Assembly: GCA_024137785.1 (NCBI GenBank)
Contig: JAHRHZ010000140.1
Span: 34,955,047 to 35,019,046, forward strand
Direction: 5' to 3'
DNA length: 64,000 nucleotides
Source of the DNA: Ginglymostoma cirratum
Taxonomy: Eukaryota
Under the pieces are notes generated by a model. That model ran no database searches. It was not told the origin of the DNA and saw only the letters and a program-made list of their open reading frames with translations. The translations under genes and the position numbers were made by a program. Positions 50,259-63,951 of the stretch are shown piece after piece; the first letter of the stretch is position 1; each line of letters starts with the position of its first letter.

Positions 50259-51523
50259 CTTTACGAACTTAATAGAGTTCTTTGAGGAAGTGACCAAGTT
50301 GATAGATGAAGGAAGGGCTGTAGATGTCATCTACATGGACTTTAGTAAGGCGTTTGATAAGGTTCCCCATCGTAAACTAATGGAGAAAGTGAAGTCACAT
50401 GGTGTACAGGGTGTTCTAGCTAGGTGGATAAAGAACTGGTTGAGCAACAGGAGACAGAGAGTAGTAGTTGAAGGAAGTTTCTCGAAGTGGAGAAAGGTGA
50501 CCAGTGGTGTTCCACAGGGATCAGTGCTGGGGCCACTGTTGTTTGTGATATACATAAATGATCTGGAAGAAGGCATAAGTGGTCTGATCAGTAAGTTTGC
50601 AGATGACACGAAGATTGCGGGAGTAGCAGAAAGCATTGGGGATTGTCAAAGAATACAGGAGAATATAGATAGACTGGAGAGTTGAGCGGAGAAGTGGCAG
50701 ATGGAGTTCAATCCGGGCAAGTGTGAGGTGATGCATTTTGGGAGGTCTAATTCTAGAGCAAACTATACTGTAAACGGAAGAGCCTTGGGAAAAGTTGATG
50801 AGCAGAGAGATCTGCGAGTTCAGGTCCATTGTACCCTGAAGGTGGCTGCACAGGTGGATAGAGTGATCAAGAAGGCATATGGTATGCTTGCCTTCATCGG
50901 ACGGGGTATTGAGTATAAGAGCTGGCAGGTCATGTTAAAATTGTACAAGACTTTGGTTCGGCCGCATTTAGAATACTGTGTACAGTTCTGGTCGCCACAT
51001 TACCAAAAGGATGTGGAAGCTTTGGAGAGGGTACAGAGAAGGTTTACGAGGATGTTGCCTGGTATGGAAGGTGCTAGCTATGAAGAGAGGTTGAGTAGGT
51101 TAGGATTGTTTTCATTAGAAAAAGGGAGATTGAGGGGGGACCTGATTGAGGTCTTCAAAATCATGAAGGGTATAGACAGGGTTGATAGAGATAAGCTTTT
51201 TCCCAGGGTGAGGGATTCAATAACGAGGGGTCACGCGTTCAAGGTGAGAGGAGAAAAGTTTAAGGGGGATACACGCGGAAAGTACTTTACACAGAGGGTG
51301 GTAGGTGCCTGGAACGCGTTGCCAGCAGAGGTAGTAGAGGCAGGCACGGTAGATTCATTTAAGGTGCGTCTGGACAGATGCATGAGTAGGTGGGGAGCAG
51401 AGGGATACAGATCCTTAGGAATTGGATGATAGGTTTAGACAGTGGATTTGGATCGGCACAGGCTTGGAGGGCCAAAGGGCCTGTTCCTGGGCTGTCAGTT
51501 TTCTTTGTTCTTTGTTCTTTGTT
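50259..51523 (+). mobile_element. Young 5'-truncated CR1 LINE (RT domain to 3' end) with an 8-bp TSD
   Basis: ORFs 50218..50685 and 50701..51429 share a frame and are separated by one TGA. They contain YMDFSKAFDKVPH, GVPQGSVLGP and FADD. Tail (tttgttc)n; 'ctaatctg' at 50251-50258 and 51524-51531. Confidence 0.95.
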
Positions 51524-53256
51524 CTAATCTGAAGCTGGAAGCTCCTCAGCACCTGGCAGTGCCACTGGGAATGTTAGCCACTGCCACTACTTTACTAGGT
51601 CCAGGCAGAAAATCAGGGATGGCATCCCAGGAGAAAGGTAAGTGGGGCAGATTTGGCAGGAAAGTGGAAACAGTCCAGCCCCATCAACCTACAAGAAAAC
51701 CTTTAACTGAAACGTTATTAATTCTCGGAGCTTCCAATGAATCATGATGCAGGTCCTGGCAGCTCTGGCTACAACTACAACTGGTAGCTACAACTGGTGT
51801 CCTGGTCAGGCTTAGGTTACTAGATGCAGTAGGAACTCAATCTCTACTTTTAGAGAATGACCCTGCTGGCATCAAGCAAGCATGCTTACTGGCTATGCTT
51901 TAAAAATGTCAGTAAATAGATTGAGTCAGGAAGTGGGTAATTCTCTCTCCATTTTAACAATTGATTAAATCTCCATGGGGGAACCACAAACCAGAACAAT
52001 CACATCTACCGAACAACCCCAGAATTGAGAAATCATCAACATGATTTCAGCCTGTAACTTTTACTTTAACATGAATTAGAACCAACATAAATTAACAGGC
52101 AAATGATACTTTCAATAAAGAGGTAAATATCACTTTAAATAGTTAGTCACTGCAACAAAGCTATATCTGACATAACCACAAGCACCGACACCACTCCCCA
52201 CAGAAACATGGCTTTAAAGATCTACAGAGTTCCATAAAGGCAATTCTTTATTCACACAGCATAAGTCAGGAGTTCCACTAGACTATCAACATTTACCTCT
52301 AAATTTCGTGCATGCAATTATCATCAGCAGGACACACTTCCATGAACATTCACTCCCTCGGGTTATGACAATCCTAGTGGAGTAGCTTCCCAGAGTTTGT
52401 TTCAACTGACCAAATAATAACATCCTGGTTATTTCTGGGAAATTTCCTAGGTCTGAGCTATTAATTTAGTTTTTGGATCTTTCTAATCAGCTTGCATAGT
52501 ACCTGTACTGTTTTCCATCAGACTATTCCCCTTAAAACATTTGTTTCTTCTCCTTACAGGAATCCAGTGTTTTCCTATTTCTGTATCTGTCTGTTATCTT
52601 TTTGAGTCTATAACGTCACCTGCCATGTCCTCTACACGTGGCTCTTCTGCATGTCTGGTCACACAACTTAAGTAACATGTAACTGTTAACTTCTCTCTGT
52701 TCATACTGCTTCCAGATCAAGGTTTTACACGCCGCGTGTAGAAGTACATTTTTATTAACCAAGGAAGTTATATAGTCATTGATCCTTTATAATTGTTGCT
52801 GCGTCGTAAAGTCATTTTCAACTGTTCTGCAAATTTTTTAAAGAAATTACAAATTGTCTGTATTCCCTTGCTTCCAGGTCAAAGGTTAGCACACAATTGG
52901 AACATTTCCCTCATTATTATCAGATTCCTGTGTTATGATGGCCTTCTCAAATAATTTCTCACTAAACTCTTGCTCTTTGGACTGATCAAGGATACTTTTC
53001 CCTTTAACAGTTTATATTTCAGTAATTATACTCAATGTGAATGGGTCAGGTCAGTAATGCAGCTGTGTAATGACTAAGTGAGCATGATAGAGTTTACATT
53101 CAGACACCTCCAGTTTCAGCCATGTGTAGATGATTCCTGTCCTCACCTTTGATGAATTGGCTTGACCACAGCGTATACAAATGTGTACTGCTATTTTGCT
53201 GCTTGCTTTCAATAAGTAAAGTATTATTCTGTGGATAAGTGGCCAACACTAATAAT

Positions 53257-53566
53257 TAGAATCCCTACAGTGTGGAGACAGGCCCTTCGGCCCAACAAGT
53301 CCACACCGACCCTTGGAGCATCCCACCCAGACCCATCCCCCTATAACCCACACACCCCTGAACACTACAGGCAATTTAGCATGGCCAATCTACCTAGCCT
53401 GCACATCTTTGGACTGTGGGAGGAAACTGGAGCACCCGGAGGAAGCCCACACAGATACGGGGAGAATGTGCAAACTCCACACAGACAGTCACCTGGGGCT
53501 GGAATTGAACCCAGGTCCCTGGTACTGTGAGGCTGCAGTGCTAATCACTGAGCCACCGTGCCGCCC
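53257..53566 (-). mobile_element. HE1-type V-SINE, full length
   Basis: Reverse complement of the 3110 element with intact A/B boxes and V-domain. Confidence 0.92.
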
Positions 53567-53959
53567 TGGAGTGGATAATGGAGTGTTATCTAAGGGCACA
53601 TGGTGAAGGAATTTGAGCAAGTTCACTGCGGATACAGCAGAATGTGGAGTGGTGGGATGTGCTACTGCCCCATCGTCTGACCTTTAGTTTCCCCGTCTCT
53701 TGCCCTGTCAGGACCACTATTGATCACAATTCTCTGTTCATTGTGCATAAATGCTCATGGGGGAGAGGGGACTTGTTTTTCCTTCAAGCAACATTACCAA
53801 AACAACCCAACTCCTTTTAGAATTTGTGAAACCTTGCTGTGTACAAATTAAGTTGCATTCAGCGGTTTGAAAGCGAGTTATTAGCTGTGGTTTGGTTTGG
53901 GGCTCTCCTGTAGATATGTAAATACATGTCTTGTTAATTTTATTCTCCAAATATTTTCC

Positions 53960-54190
53960 AATCAACCTGTTCTGAGGTATCATTACCCACCTCTAAAGCA
54001 GGTTGGTCTTGAACTCAGGCCTTTCTGACCCAGATGCAGGGATGTACCTACTAAAGAGCCCTCATTTTAGACATTTTCTAACTAACCAGCTCAGTGGTTA
54101 TGTCACATACCTCTGGAATAGGTGGAACTGAAACCTGGGCCTCCGGATTCTAGAGCAAGGGATGGTACTACTGCACCAGAAGAACCCTCG
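53960..54190 (-). repeat. Tandem dimer of a short tRNA-derived unit
   Basis: Two diverged copies of 'cacctct...aggt.g..cttgaac.caggcct...agggat...actac...aagagccctc' (about 53960-54063 and 54085-54189), each with a B-box-like reverse complement. Confidence 0.6.
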
Positions 54191-55086
54191 AATTTCATTT
54201 TGTACTGTCCTTTCCTCATTTTAAAAAAGTGCTCTCTTTAAAGACTTCCATGTTATTTCACTAATTAATCCAGTTTGTTTGCCATTCACCAAGAGGACAG
54301 TGAGTATGAGTGAGGCTAATGTGGCCTCTGATTCCCCTGTTTTCTTATGGAGCCATGTCCAACCTGCAGCCTAAGCCTCTTGATTGTACAGCTGAGATCA
54401 GGATCTTGCAGGCTGTTGATGAACTGCTGTTCCCTTTGTCCTTAATGAAAGCTTGGCAACTGTGCTATAGATCTGGTTTTATGAATAGTTATTATCCTCA
54501 CTCTTATTGAAGCAAAAAAAAATTTCTGCGTGGTAGTACATGAAAACGCATTCAATGAAGTGTAGCAACTTTTTTGGTGGTTTTATTCTATTGTTTTTAT
54601 GCATATGTGTATGTGTTACAGCTGAGACCAGGTCATGACCTTTTTTCATAAATTTGAAAGCAGCCCACAGATCAGTGTTTGCTTCTTGCTGTCATTTTGT
54701 TCTTTTAACATGTAGCAGTGCCCTTTCCCCTGTGCTGTCCAGGCAGATGTTCTTACTTGTTGATTGATTTATTTGGCATAAGGAGGAACCTCTCCTGGGG
54801 GAGGAGGAAGGGGGAATATCTGACAGCTTCAGAGAATTTGAAGTGGGAAGGAGAAAACACCCTTCACAAATCCTACAGTAGGAGGTAATAGTATCTCCCA
54901 GAGGACAGTATGTTAACTCAGTCCACAACCTGATGCCTTGGAAAGAGTTTGCAATCTCATGAACGTTTTAATGTCACAGCTCAATGTTCATCCAAAAAGG
55001 TGTTAAGCATGGAGCAGATAAATAAAGAAAAGCTGACTGAAATGGACTGACGAAAGTTTTAACAATGCTAATGACACTGCATTAGT

Positions 55087-55415
55087 GGGCAGTGCGGTGG
55101 CTCAGTATTTAGCACAGCTACCTCACAGTGCACGGGAGCTGGGTTGGATTCCAGCCTCAGGCTGCTGTCTGTGTGGAGTTCCTCCGGGTGCTCCGATTTC
55201 CTCCCACAGTCGAAAGATGTGAAGGTTGGTTGCATTGGCCATGCTAAATCGCCCAGGGATTTGTCCAAGGATGTGCAGGCTAAGTGGATTGGCCATGGGA
55301 AATGCAGGGTTACAGGGATAGGGTTGGGGAGTGGGTCTGGGTGGGATGTTCTTTGGAGGTAAGTGTGGACCGAATGGGCTGACTGGCCTACTTCCACGCA
55401 CAGAGATTCTATCAT
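55087..55415 (+). mobile_element. HE1-type V-SINE variant with a short internal deletion
   Basis: 'gggcagtgcggtggctcagt', V-domain, and a duplicated 'gatgtgcagg.tag.tggattggccatg' unit. About 27 bp are missing after 'gtgtggagtt' relative to the 3110 copy. Confidence 0.88.
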
Positions 55416-58400
55416 GCTATAATAGCAATTTATTTCTTCTCCTGAAGGGGGAAGGATCGATAGCCATGGAAATGGGCCAGGGGACTGGGATAAATTTGAT
55501 AACTCGTTCAAAGAGCTGAAAGGCCCTTTACCAACTTCTTAATCTCACTCAAGCACTGATCCTCACATTATCCTCTGGGCCACATTGCAGAAATGAAGAG
55601 CGATGCAATTACGTATTTCAAGCCAAATTTACAAATCAACTCATGCTATATATAGCCAGGAACTGCCTCACATGCCCCACATGACTTGCCAGAGGTCATT
55701 GCAGATAATAATGCAACCTGGCTCTTGACCAATTGAAAGGCAGCACGACAGAAAACAAACCAAGGGTGGAAAAAAAAAAGCCGCTTAAGCTTTCTCTTCA
55801 AGGAAACCTTCAAGAGCACCATTTTGATTGACTTCACCACTGAAGTAGTGGACAATAATGGTGATAGTTGTCAAGTCATGGATCAATGCTGTTTGTCCAG
55901 AAACCATGAAGAACCAGGATGCAAATATGTGGATAGGGCATGTCAAATTCACTTCTAAAATCATGGAAAGTTGGATAATCCCAGGAGTCCTGTGTCATTC
56001 TGAAGTTGTTAACCCCGAAAGACAGGAAAACTGACCAATGATGGACTCGAGAAATGGAAGAAACTGTTCTGTTTAAGTTTTTGTGCTCATGGGCTAGGAC
56101 TAGATTCCAGAATTAGATAAATATTGGGTTTGCTTTCCCATACTTCTCATTGACATGAAATGCAATCTTATGTGAAGACCTACCTACTATAGGTCAATCA
56201 ATGAATGCCACACATTTCTTAGACCAATCATTAAAGGCCAATGACCAACTGTAAACTCTTCATTTACCTTAGTGACAAGAATGGATACTCAGCAATTCAT
56301 TCCAGGGTTGGGTACCTATAACGGCCTTTTACAGAAAATCATAAAAAGTTATCTACACTGATTACTTTGTGCTGTTGACACAGCCACCAGTGCTAGACGA
56401 AGTGGATAGGATCCCTACCAGTAACCTGGATCTACTTTTGGGCCTGATTCCTCCAATCCTGATAAGACAGTTGTGTCACCATCCATTAGGAATGATACTG
56501 TTGGGTAAGAACTTGAGTAAATCACATTAAAGAAAGGAAGGCATTTACCCAAAAAACTTATGTGGCACCACAGACACAAGTCTCACCTGTCAGCCTCATA
56601 TCACCAACCCTAGTTAAAAAGTCAAAACAAAAGGGTGAATTTGGTCTGTAAACTTGCTGGAATGTCTAGTCTTCTGCCACAAATACTGCGACATTTTATG
56701 ATCTTTCAATCATTACACAAATATCACAATATTTTACTAAGTTGTACCACAAAAAGAGTACTGGAGATGCTGAAGTCCATTCCAAATGAGTGGCTCCCAA
56801 TGCTAGTTTCCTTCCTCAATTTAATGAACACAATTTAATGAATGATTGTTTTTTGTTCTTATCTAATTTTAAATATTTCACTTATTCGTTATCACAATAT
56901 TGGAACTACGGGTAAAGGCTGTTTGACACACAGAAATCATTTAAACAATACAACCGTGTAACTCGCACATTTTCCCAGTCTGTAATTCATTTTAATGGTA
57001 TATTGAGCTCAATGAGATGGAAAAAGTCACTCACAAAGACTTGAAATACCTACTGAGAAAGTGCTGAAAATTACAACTGTCCACTCATAATATCCATGTA
57101 CCTGGTACAAGCTCGTATCATGATGGAAATAATAGACATACACTAGCAGCTTAAAAAAAGACACGTAATCACTAACTGAACAGCAGAGGTCCTGAGCTTT
57201 TATTTCCCAGAAGGTAATGGATACCACACAATCTGTTCAGGACATGACTGAGCGGCCAACTGCTCCATAAATGAAAGGGGAGGGTGATCTTATGAAATTG
57301 TGGTCTTGAGTCTCAGACTATTGATCATAGCATTTCAATTTGCCCATTAAGATCTGTTGGAAGAGATGTCTTGTTTCTCCCACTCAACACTTCAGAAGAT
57401 CTTTGAATAGGTAGCAAAACTAGAAATCCCATTATAAACTTTTCCTATTGTAGAAAAGTAGCAGTCATCTTACACAGTGCAATCACTTATTTTTCATGTT
57501 TTGCTTCCAAAGGTTTTGTTCCTTCCAGGTGCTTCAGCAATGGCAGGAAGAAGATGACTTGTTGTTATGTATCATTGGCATATCTTGGGTTTGTAGTCCT
57601 CTGCACCTTAGGTTGAGTACTGAAATGGGAGCCACACTTAGGGTACCACTTAAGGTACCATGACAGATCACAGTGCAGAAAAGACCTTGTGCAGAACTGC
57701 CCTGATGCAACTAGTAGACTTCTCCACACTTAGTATCGGGCTTTGCAGGATACTTACCACAATCACTCATTATTGTTTTTTATTTTGGTGCTCTTTTAAG
57801 TGCTGATGCTGTAAGGTTTCATCTGCTGTAGAAGAAGCCAGGTTTGCCTTCCACAGAGCCCCTTCTTTCTTTTCCACTTGCAGCAGCACTTGGTCTTCGA
57901 AACTCATATTCAATCCTGCACCCTGTGGTCCTTTGTAAAACACATTACTTGACTTGCCCCAGGTAAATGTATCCATGTTGGCACTTCAGCAAAGAATGGC
58001 GCAACACTTTGTAAGGTGCTGACTCCTTGTGGCATTGCTTCTTGTTAAATGCTCATAGAAGTATTTGAAGAAACATGCAATATAATGTTGCTTCAATGAT
58101 GATTACATTGTGAGTTTATGGTATAATGTTTTAAATGGATCCCCAGGGAGAAGAGTGAACAGAGTGATGAGAAAGTACATGAAAAAGCCGAAAATGTCCT
58201 GAACTTAAAGAAGGGGCTTCATCTTCCCACTATGGAGCCCATTGCCATTGATTTCCAATGTATAACTTTTGAAGGAACTCAAAGTTCTTTACATTAACAA
58301 CCCTTCTTCTCATCAATGTTTATTTACTTTAGATTAATGTGCCATTTTGTTGTGGAAGCAAAGAAGCACTTAGGAAATGTGGAGAACGCATGTAATGGTT

Positions 58401-61400
58401 TCATAGGCCATCATTGGAGTGTAAATTTGTACACACACATGCAGGTTCAATTTATTTGAATTTTTTCACTGAATTCCTTTGCTGATGTCAGTATTGGAAG
58501 AGTTACAGATAAATTAATGCTGCAATGTGCTATTCTTTGGATAGGCCATGTGTCATAACTATTTAATAGACTGTAGTGTATTTTGAGGGAAGAATGAACT
58601 CTATGGTACTTTGCTAATGCATTTGCTATAAGAACATGAAGGATTGCCCTATTTTAGCTTACTTAGTTTTCTAATTTCTTTAGCATGTGCAACCAGGTTA
58701 AAAGCAGCAATGATGTGGAATGTTAATTGTTCCCATGCTGACAGTCTGACTTAGTTCAATGGGTGCTATATTTCACCTGTCACTGGAAACTCTATTGCAA
58801 TGCTTGTTTCCTGTTTGAACGCTGACCACACAAAATATTTTAAATGGTTCTGTCATCTGCTTTGTGCCATTGTCAAGAAGCAGTGGCATTATTTTAAGCT
58901 TTCACTTGTTGTTTATTGCAGCAAAAGTGATAATTTGAGCATTGGGTAAAATTTTCGAATGTAACACATTATGTGTCTTAGTGAATGCTTATCTTGTTCA
59001 GCCCAGCTGCTTGTGCATACTGACCCTATCAAAATTATGTATAGTTGATTCAGAGTTTAACTTGAAGATTGCCACAAAAATTTGATGTTCTTTCTCTGCA
59101 GTAAGCTTCCAACATATCTGTGTTGGGTACCATAATGTGTAAATTAGATTTCAAAACAATTAACTATCATAAAAGCGTCAAAGGTTTGACTAGAATATTT
59201 ATTTTGAAATGAAAGGAAGTTTGATAAAGCTATGGGGGATCTCTAAAAAATATTTCTCTGTATATGTACTTCCCCATTTGCGTAACAATTTTTGTAATAT
59301 ATTTATATTGCGTTGTGGCATCGGAAAGACTCTGAATATATTGCAGGCAAATTTGCTACGTGAAGTACCTGACATTCAAACTGTCCATTTTGATTTAACT
59401 TTTTTAATGAATTACATCTTTTTTTCCTACTGTTTGCTGTTTTATATATATTTGATTCTGCAGCCATTTCAATGCAACGTCTCTCACAGCAGCATTTCTA
59501 CTGCCAGCAGTTTACCCCCTGCAGCTAATGATAGTTTTAGCCATGTGCATCCCGATGTATCTGTCAATTAATGTGCTGGATGTGAAGGAGGAAGAGCAGT
59601 TCCTGCAGACGGAAGGGAAGCAGGTTGGCTTGCAATGGTTACCTGGCACCTTCCCTTAGGTAATATATGAATCATGTCAGAAAACAGAACAATACCTTCT
59701 AGTGCATGGTGGAAGATACTTATACAGATTACCATTCAACAGGGAGGCATTCATAAATATGTGTCATCTACCACACAATGACCTTCAGAGGATATCCAGC
59801 CCTGCCTGTTCTGGTTAAATTCACCATCCCATTTAATGCTTATCCTACTGGCTCATTTGAAGTTACCACTGTTGCCATTTGCCAATTGAATCAGACATTC
59901 ACGCAGCCTTGTTTACCACCTTCACAATGGAAAAACAGCTAACAAATTGAAAGGATTTAGTGCTTCTACCAGGTGATCAATGATACTCTGCACTTTTAAG
60001 AACCCAAATCAAATGAGAAAGATAAGGTCCTCGTCAAACTCTCCTGCTACCTGGCCCTTGCAGGCAATAAGGAATGTGACTATGCCATCAGGATACTCTT
60101 GAACTGATACCCTAAACTAGAAGTCAGAAGATCCTATAAATTGATGCCCAAGGTTCCAATAGCATCATCAAGCTTGTGCAAGCAAAGTCAATTGAAAATT
60201 TGAAGTCTCTAAGCCCCAGATGATGCTATTGAGCTGTAACTCACAATGTGTTTCTCTGGAAGTTTCCAGAACTACTTTGCACACATAAACACACATCTGG
60301 TGAAGGTAGCAATTATAGGGGCAAAGGAAATTCTCCAAACGATCTTGAAAGTTTATAAGCAAAGGGAAGAAACTGTTGACAGAAAGTGTATAGATGTGTT
60401 CTTTTCTCTTCCATACCATATCAAGAACTCTGAAGATGGTCTAAGGACCACAGTAAAAGCTTATGCAGCTTGATATTTAATCTTGTGTCGGTTCCAAACC
60501 CATGGGAATTTTCATAGCTAACTATACATCCCTAACTTTTCATCCTCCTTTTCCTGGTCCCTGCTGTACATGGACCTGAAAGGGTTAATACTGAGGAGTG
60601 CCATAAGCACCACCTGCTATGATATTGTTACAGAAGGCATTTGAAGGAAGCTGATGTGCAATTATGCACCTTCGGGAGCTCCTTCAAAGCAAAAGTATTC
60701 ATCGTCCAGTAAGGATCACAAATGTTAATCATCGCAATTTAAGGTCAGGCACAAATGCAGCTCACAGATTCAATTAATTATTCAAAAATACGGTATTATC
60801 ACTCACGAGAGCAAGAGCATAAAGAATTTTTTTTTCAGTATGATGCTTTAATTCCACAGATGCACCACAAAAGGAAAGGGGACATATGTTAGCATACCGG
60901 GTAAGCGTGCACACAGTAACATGATCACAGTGGTGTCACAATAGAAAGCAGTCTGTTGCCCGTAAATTCAGTGAAAGCTGCTAACGAGAAGTCAAAGTTG
61001 AAGTGAATCTTTATCCTGTTAACACAAAACAAGATTACCAATCTCCTGTTCACCCACTACATAAGTGACCTTCATGCCAAATATTTGGAGGGCGGGCTTT
61101 TTCTTACACCTAAGGTGTTGTAGGTTGAATGAATCATCAGCATGGGTTCCCTGCTCATGGTTACGTGGAACTTTCTCCCTTGCAGAATACGAAGGCAAAC
61201 CTTTGAGCTGTAGCAGGTGACTAGGGACAATTGTTAAACATTACCAAGAGAAGCGTTCATGTATATTAACTACAGTTATTTATTGCCTATTTTAGGGTTA
61301 TTCTGCATCACATTCAGATCCATTAGTTAAAACACTGGAAAGACGATACTTGGAATGTTTAGAATCATTCTGTAAATTGTGAGTTTGTAACTTCATGCAA

Positions 61401-63159
61401 ACTACCGACAATATTATAAGAAAAGACCCATAATGGAAAATATTTGAGTTATCAGGTTGATGGAAAAAGAATAGTGGATCACAGCATGTGCTGTGAATTA
61501 AGGAGCCTCCATAACTTCTGGCTCTGATCCTCCAGCACAGGTAGAATTTATGTAAATTAATCCTCTGTCATTTATGATCCAGGGGAGCAAATGCTATCTT
61601 ATTAACATTTTGTAAAGTGATACAATAATAAACAGTTTAAATCTGATCATAACAAAATTAAGACAGTTACCCAAGGGAATGGTAGTCCTGTCAGAGTTAA
61701 GACAATCTATATGAAGACAATAAAAGTCAAACATCTACCATACCTATCTCATCTCAAAGTGCCACGCATGCACCTGATTCACTAATATGATATTTGATCA
61801 AAGAACAATACTTTGCCCTTTCCCTCATATGTGGCATACATTAATTTTGGATATCAGATTAAATCTGCGAACTGCGTTTGTACCTGCTGCTTAGATTATG
61901 ATGATTTCCATTTGTGATCCTCACTGGACAATGAAAACAGTACTGCACTTTGCTTTCAAGGAGCCCACCATGGTGCATAAATGCATATAAACTTCATTCA
62001 GTGGTCCTTTTGTAAATTCTGATAAGTTGGTTTTATAATTGTCAACTTCCTAAAACCTGTTAATTTTGCTTGAAAAGGTAAAGATTTAACATGGGACAAA
62101 AAAATCCATTCATACATTCTGCCACAATTATGCCACTGGCAGAGAATTTTTTCCATGACTTTGTCACGTGGCAAATTAGAAAAGTTTTCTTATGAAATTT
62201 GTTGGATATTATTTTATGTCAAAATTAGTTTCTCCCTCTCTGGCCCTTACAACAGTGATGGCTAGGTATTCGGGTACATTGCAAAACATTGAATGAGAAA
62301 AAAGCAGTCCGTTTTTCAGTAGGACCCCAAGAATGACTTTGCAGTCAGGATAAGGAGTGTATTCTTTTTATAGATACTGAAGCTAAATGTTCCCAGTACA
62401 CTAAAAAAAAATCATAATGTGTTTTTTGTGTGATTACATGAATTTTAAGCTCCATCCCACTTTAAAGAGTTATTCAGGAAGACATGCAGTTGGATTCATG
62501 CCACAATATCAAAATGTAATATTCATATATCAATCTTCCTACAATAATCTGTAAACTGAATAAAACCTTTTATTCTTTTTAAAGTTCAAATACATAATGC
62601 TGTTCTACATATAGCTTATTTCTGCTTTATTGTGCTTGTATCACCATTAAGATGTTGTTACCCGTCTCAATTATATAAAACATGTTCCAAAAAAAACCAG
62701 GAAAGTAAATGAAATTATATTAAGGCAAGCTTTATTGAACAGCCAACTTATGCAGGAATAAAATTATAAGAATGTAGCAAGGTCATCACTGAGTTGCTTA
62801 ACTTCCTTGAAACAGGAATTAAATGCTGTAGCAACAAAATAGAGGAATGTCACAAGTGGAACAAAGTTTCCTACAAAGTCTTTTGATCTTATCCAACTGC
62901 ATAGTGACATTATATACATTGATAATAATCACTGTATAATGGAGAAATCTCCCACAGTTGAATTGATAAATGAAAGATAACAGATCAGTGCAGGGCCATG
63001 GCAATAATTCATGGGCTGTAATGTTTGTTGTTCATTTGAGCCCCTTGTTCTCCCCACCCTGACTCCACATTAACCCTCCCACTCAACCATGTGTGTCTTT
63101 TTTTACCGCTTTCAAAGTTCACTAATCAATTCATCAAACAATTACTTTAAAGTCCTTCG

Positions 63160-63951
63160 AGAATCATAGAGCTCTACAGCATGGAAACAGACCCTTCAAT
63201 TCAACTTGTCCATGCTGACCAGATATCCCAAATTAATCCAGGCCCATTTGCTAGCATTTGCCCATTTCCCTCTAAACCCTTCCTGTTCATATACTCATCC
63301 AGATGCCTTTTAAATGGTGTAATTGTACCTGTCTCCACCACTTCCTCTGGCAGCTCATTCCCTACATGCACCACCCTCTGTGAGAAAAAGTTGCCCCTTA
63401 GATCCCTTTTAAATCTTTACCCTCTCACCTTAAACCTATGCCCTCTAGTTTTGGACTCCACTGCCCTGGGGAAAAGACCTTGACTATTCACCTTATCCGT
63501 GCCCCTGATGATTTTATAAACTTCTATAAGTTTACCCCTCAGCCTCTGACACTCCAGCGAAAATAGCCCCAGCCTATTCAGCCTTTCCCTATAGCTCAAA
63601 CCCTCCAACCCTGGCATAATCCTTGTAAATCTGTTCTGAACCCTTTCAAGTTTCACAACATCCTTCCTATAGTAGGAAGACCAGTTTTGCATGCAGTATT
63701 CCAAAAGTGGCCTAACCAATGTCCTGTAAAGCCACAACATGACCTCCCAACTCCTATACTGAGTGCACTGACCAATAATGCAAGCATACCAAACACCTTC
63801 TTCAATATCCTGTCTACTTGCAACTCTACTTCCAAGGAACAATGAACCTGCCTGCACTCTTTGTTCAGCAACACTCTCCAGGACCTTACCATTAAGTGTA
63901 TAAGTCCTGTCCTGATTTACCTTTCCAAAATACAGCACCTTACATTTATCT
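63160..63951 (-). mobile_element. CR1 LINE 3' fragment (about 790 bp)
   Basis: ORF 63417..63938 LYRTLVRPLLEYC...LERVQNRFTRIMPGLEGLSYRERLNRLGLFSLE, with the CR1 tail at 63160-63210. Confidence 0.92.

Noticed and set aside
50218-51429. Reverse transcriptase ORFs as a host gene or a retron-like system
   Set aside because: This is a 5'-truncated CR1 ORF2 with a premature stop, a tail and a TSD.
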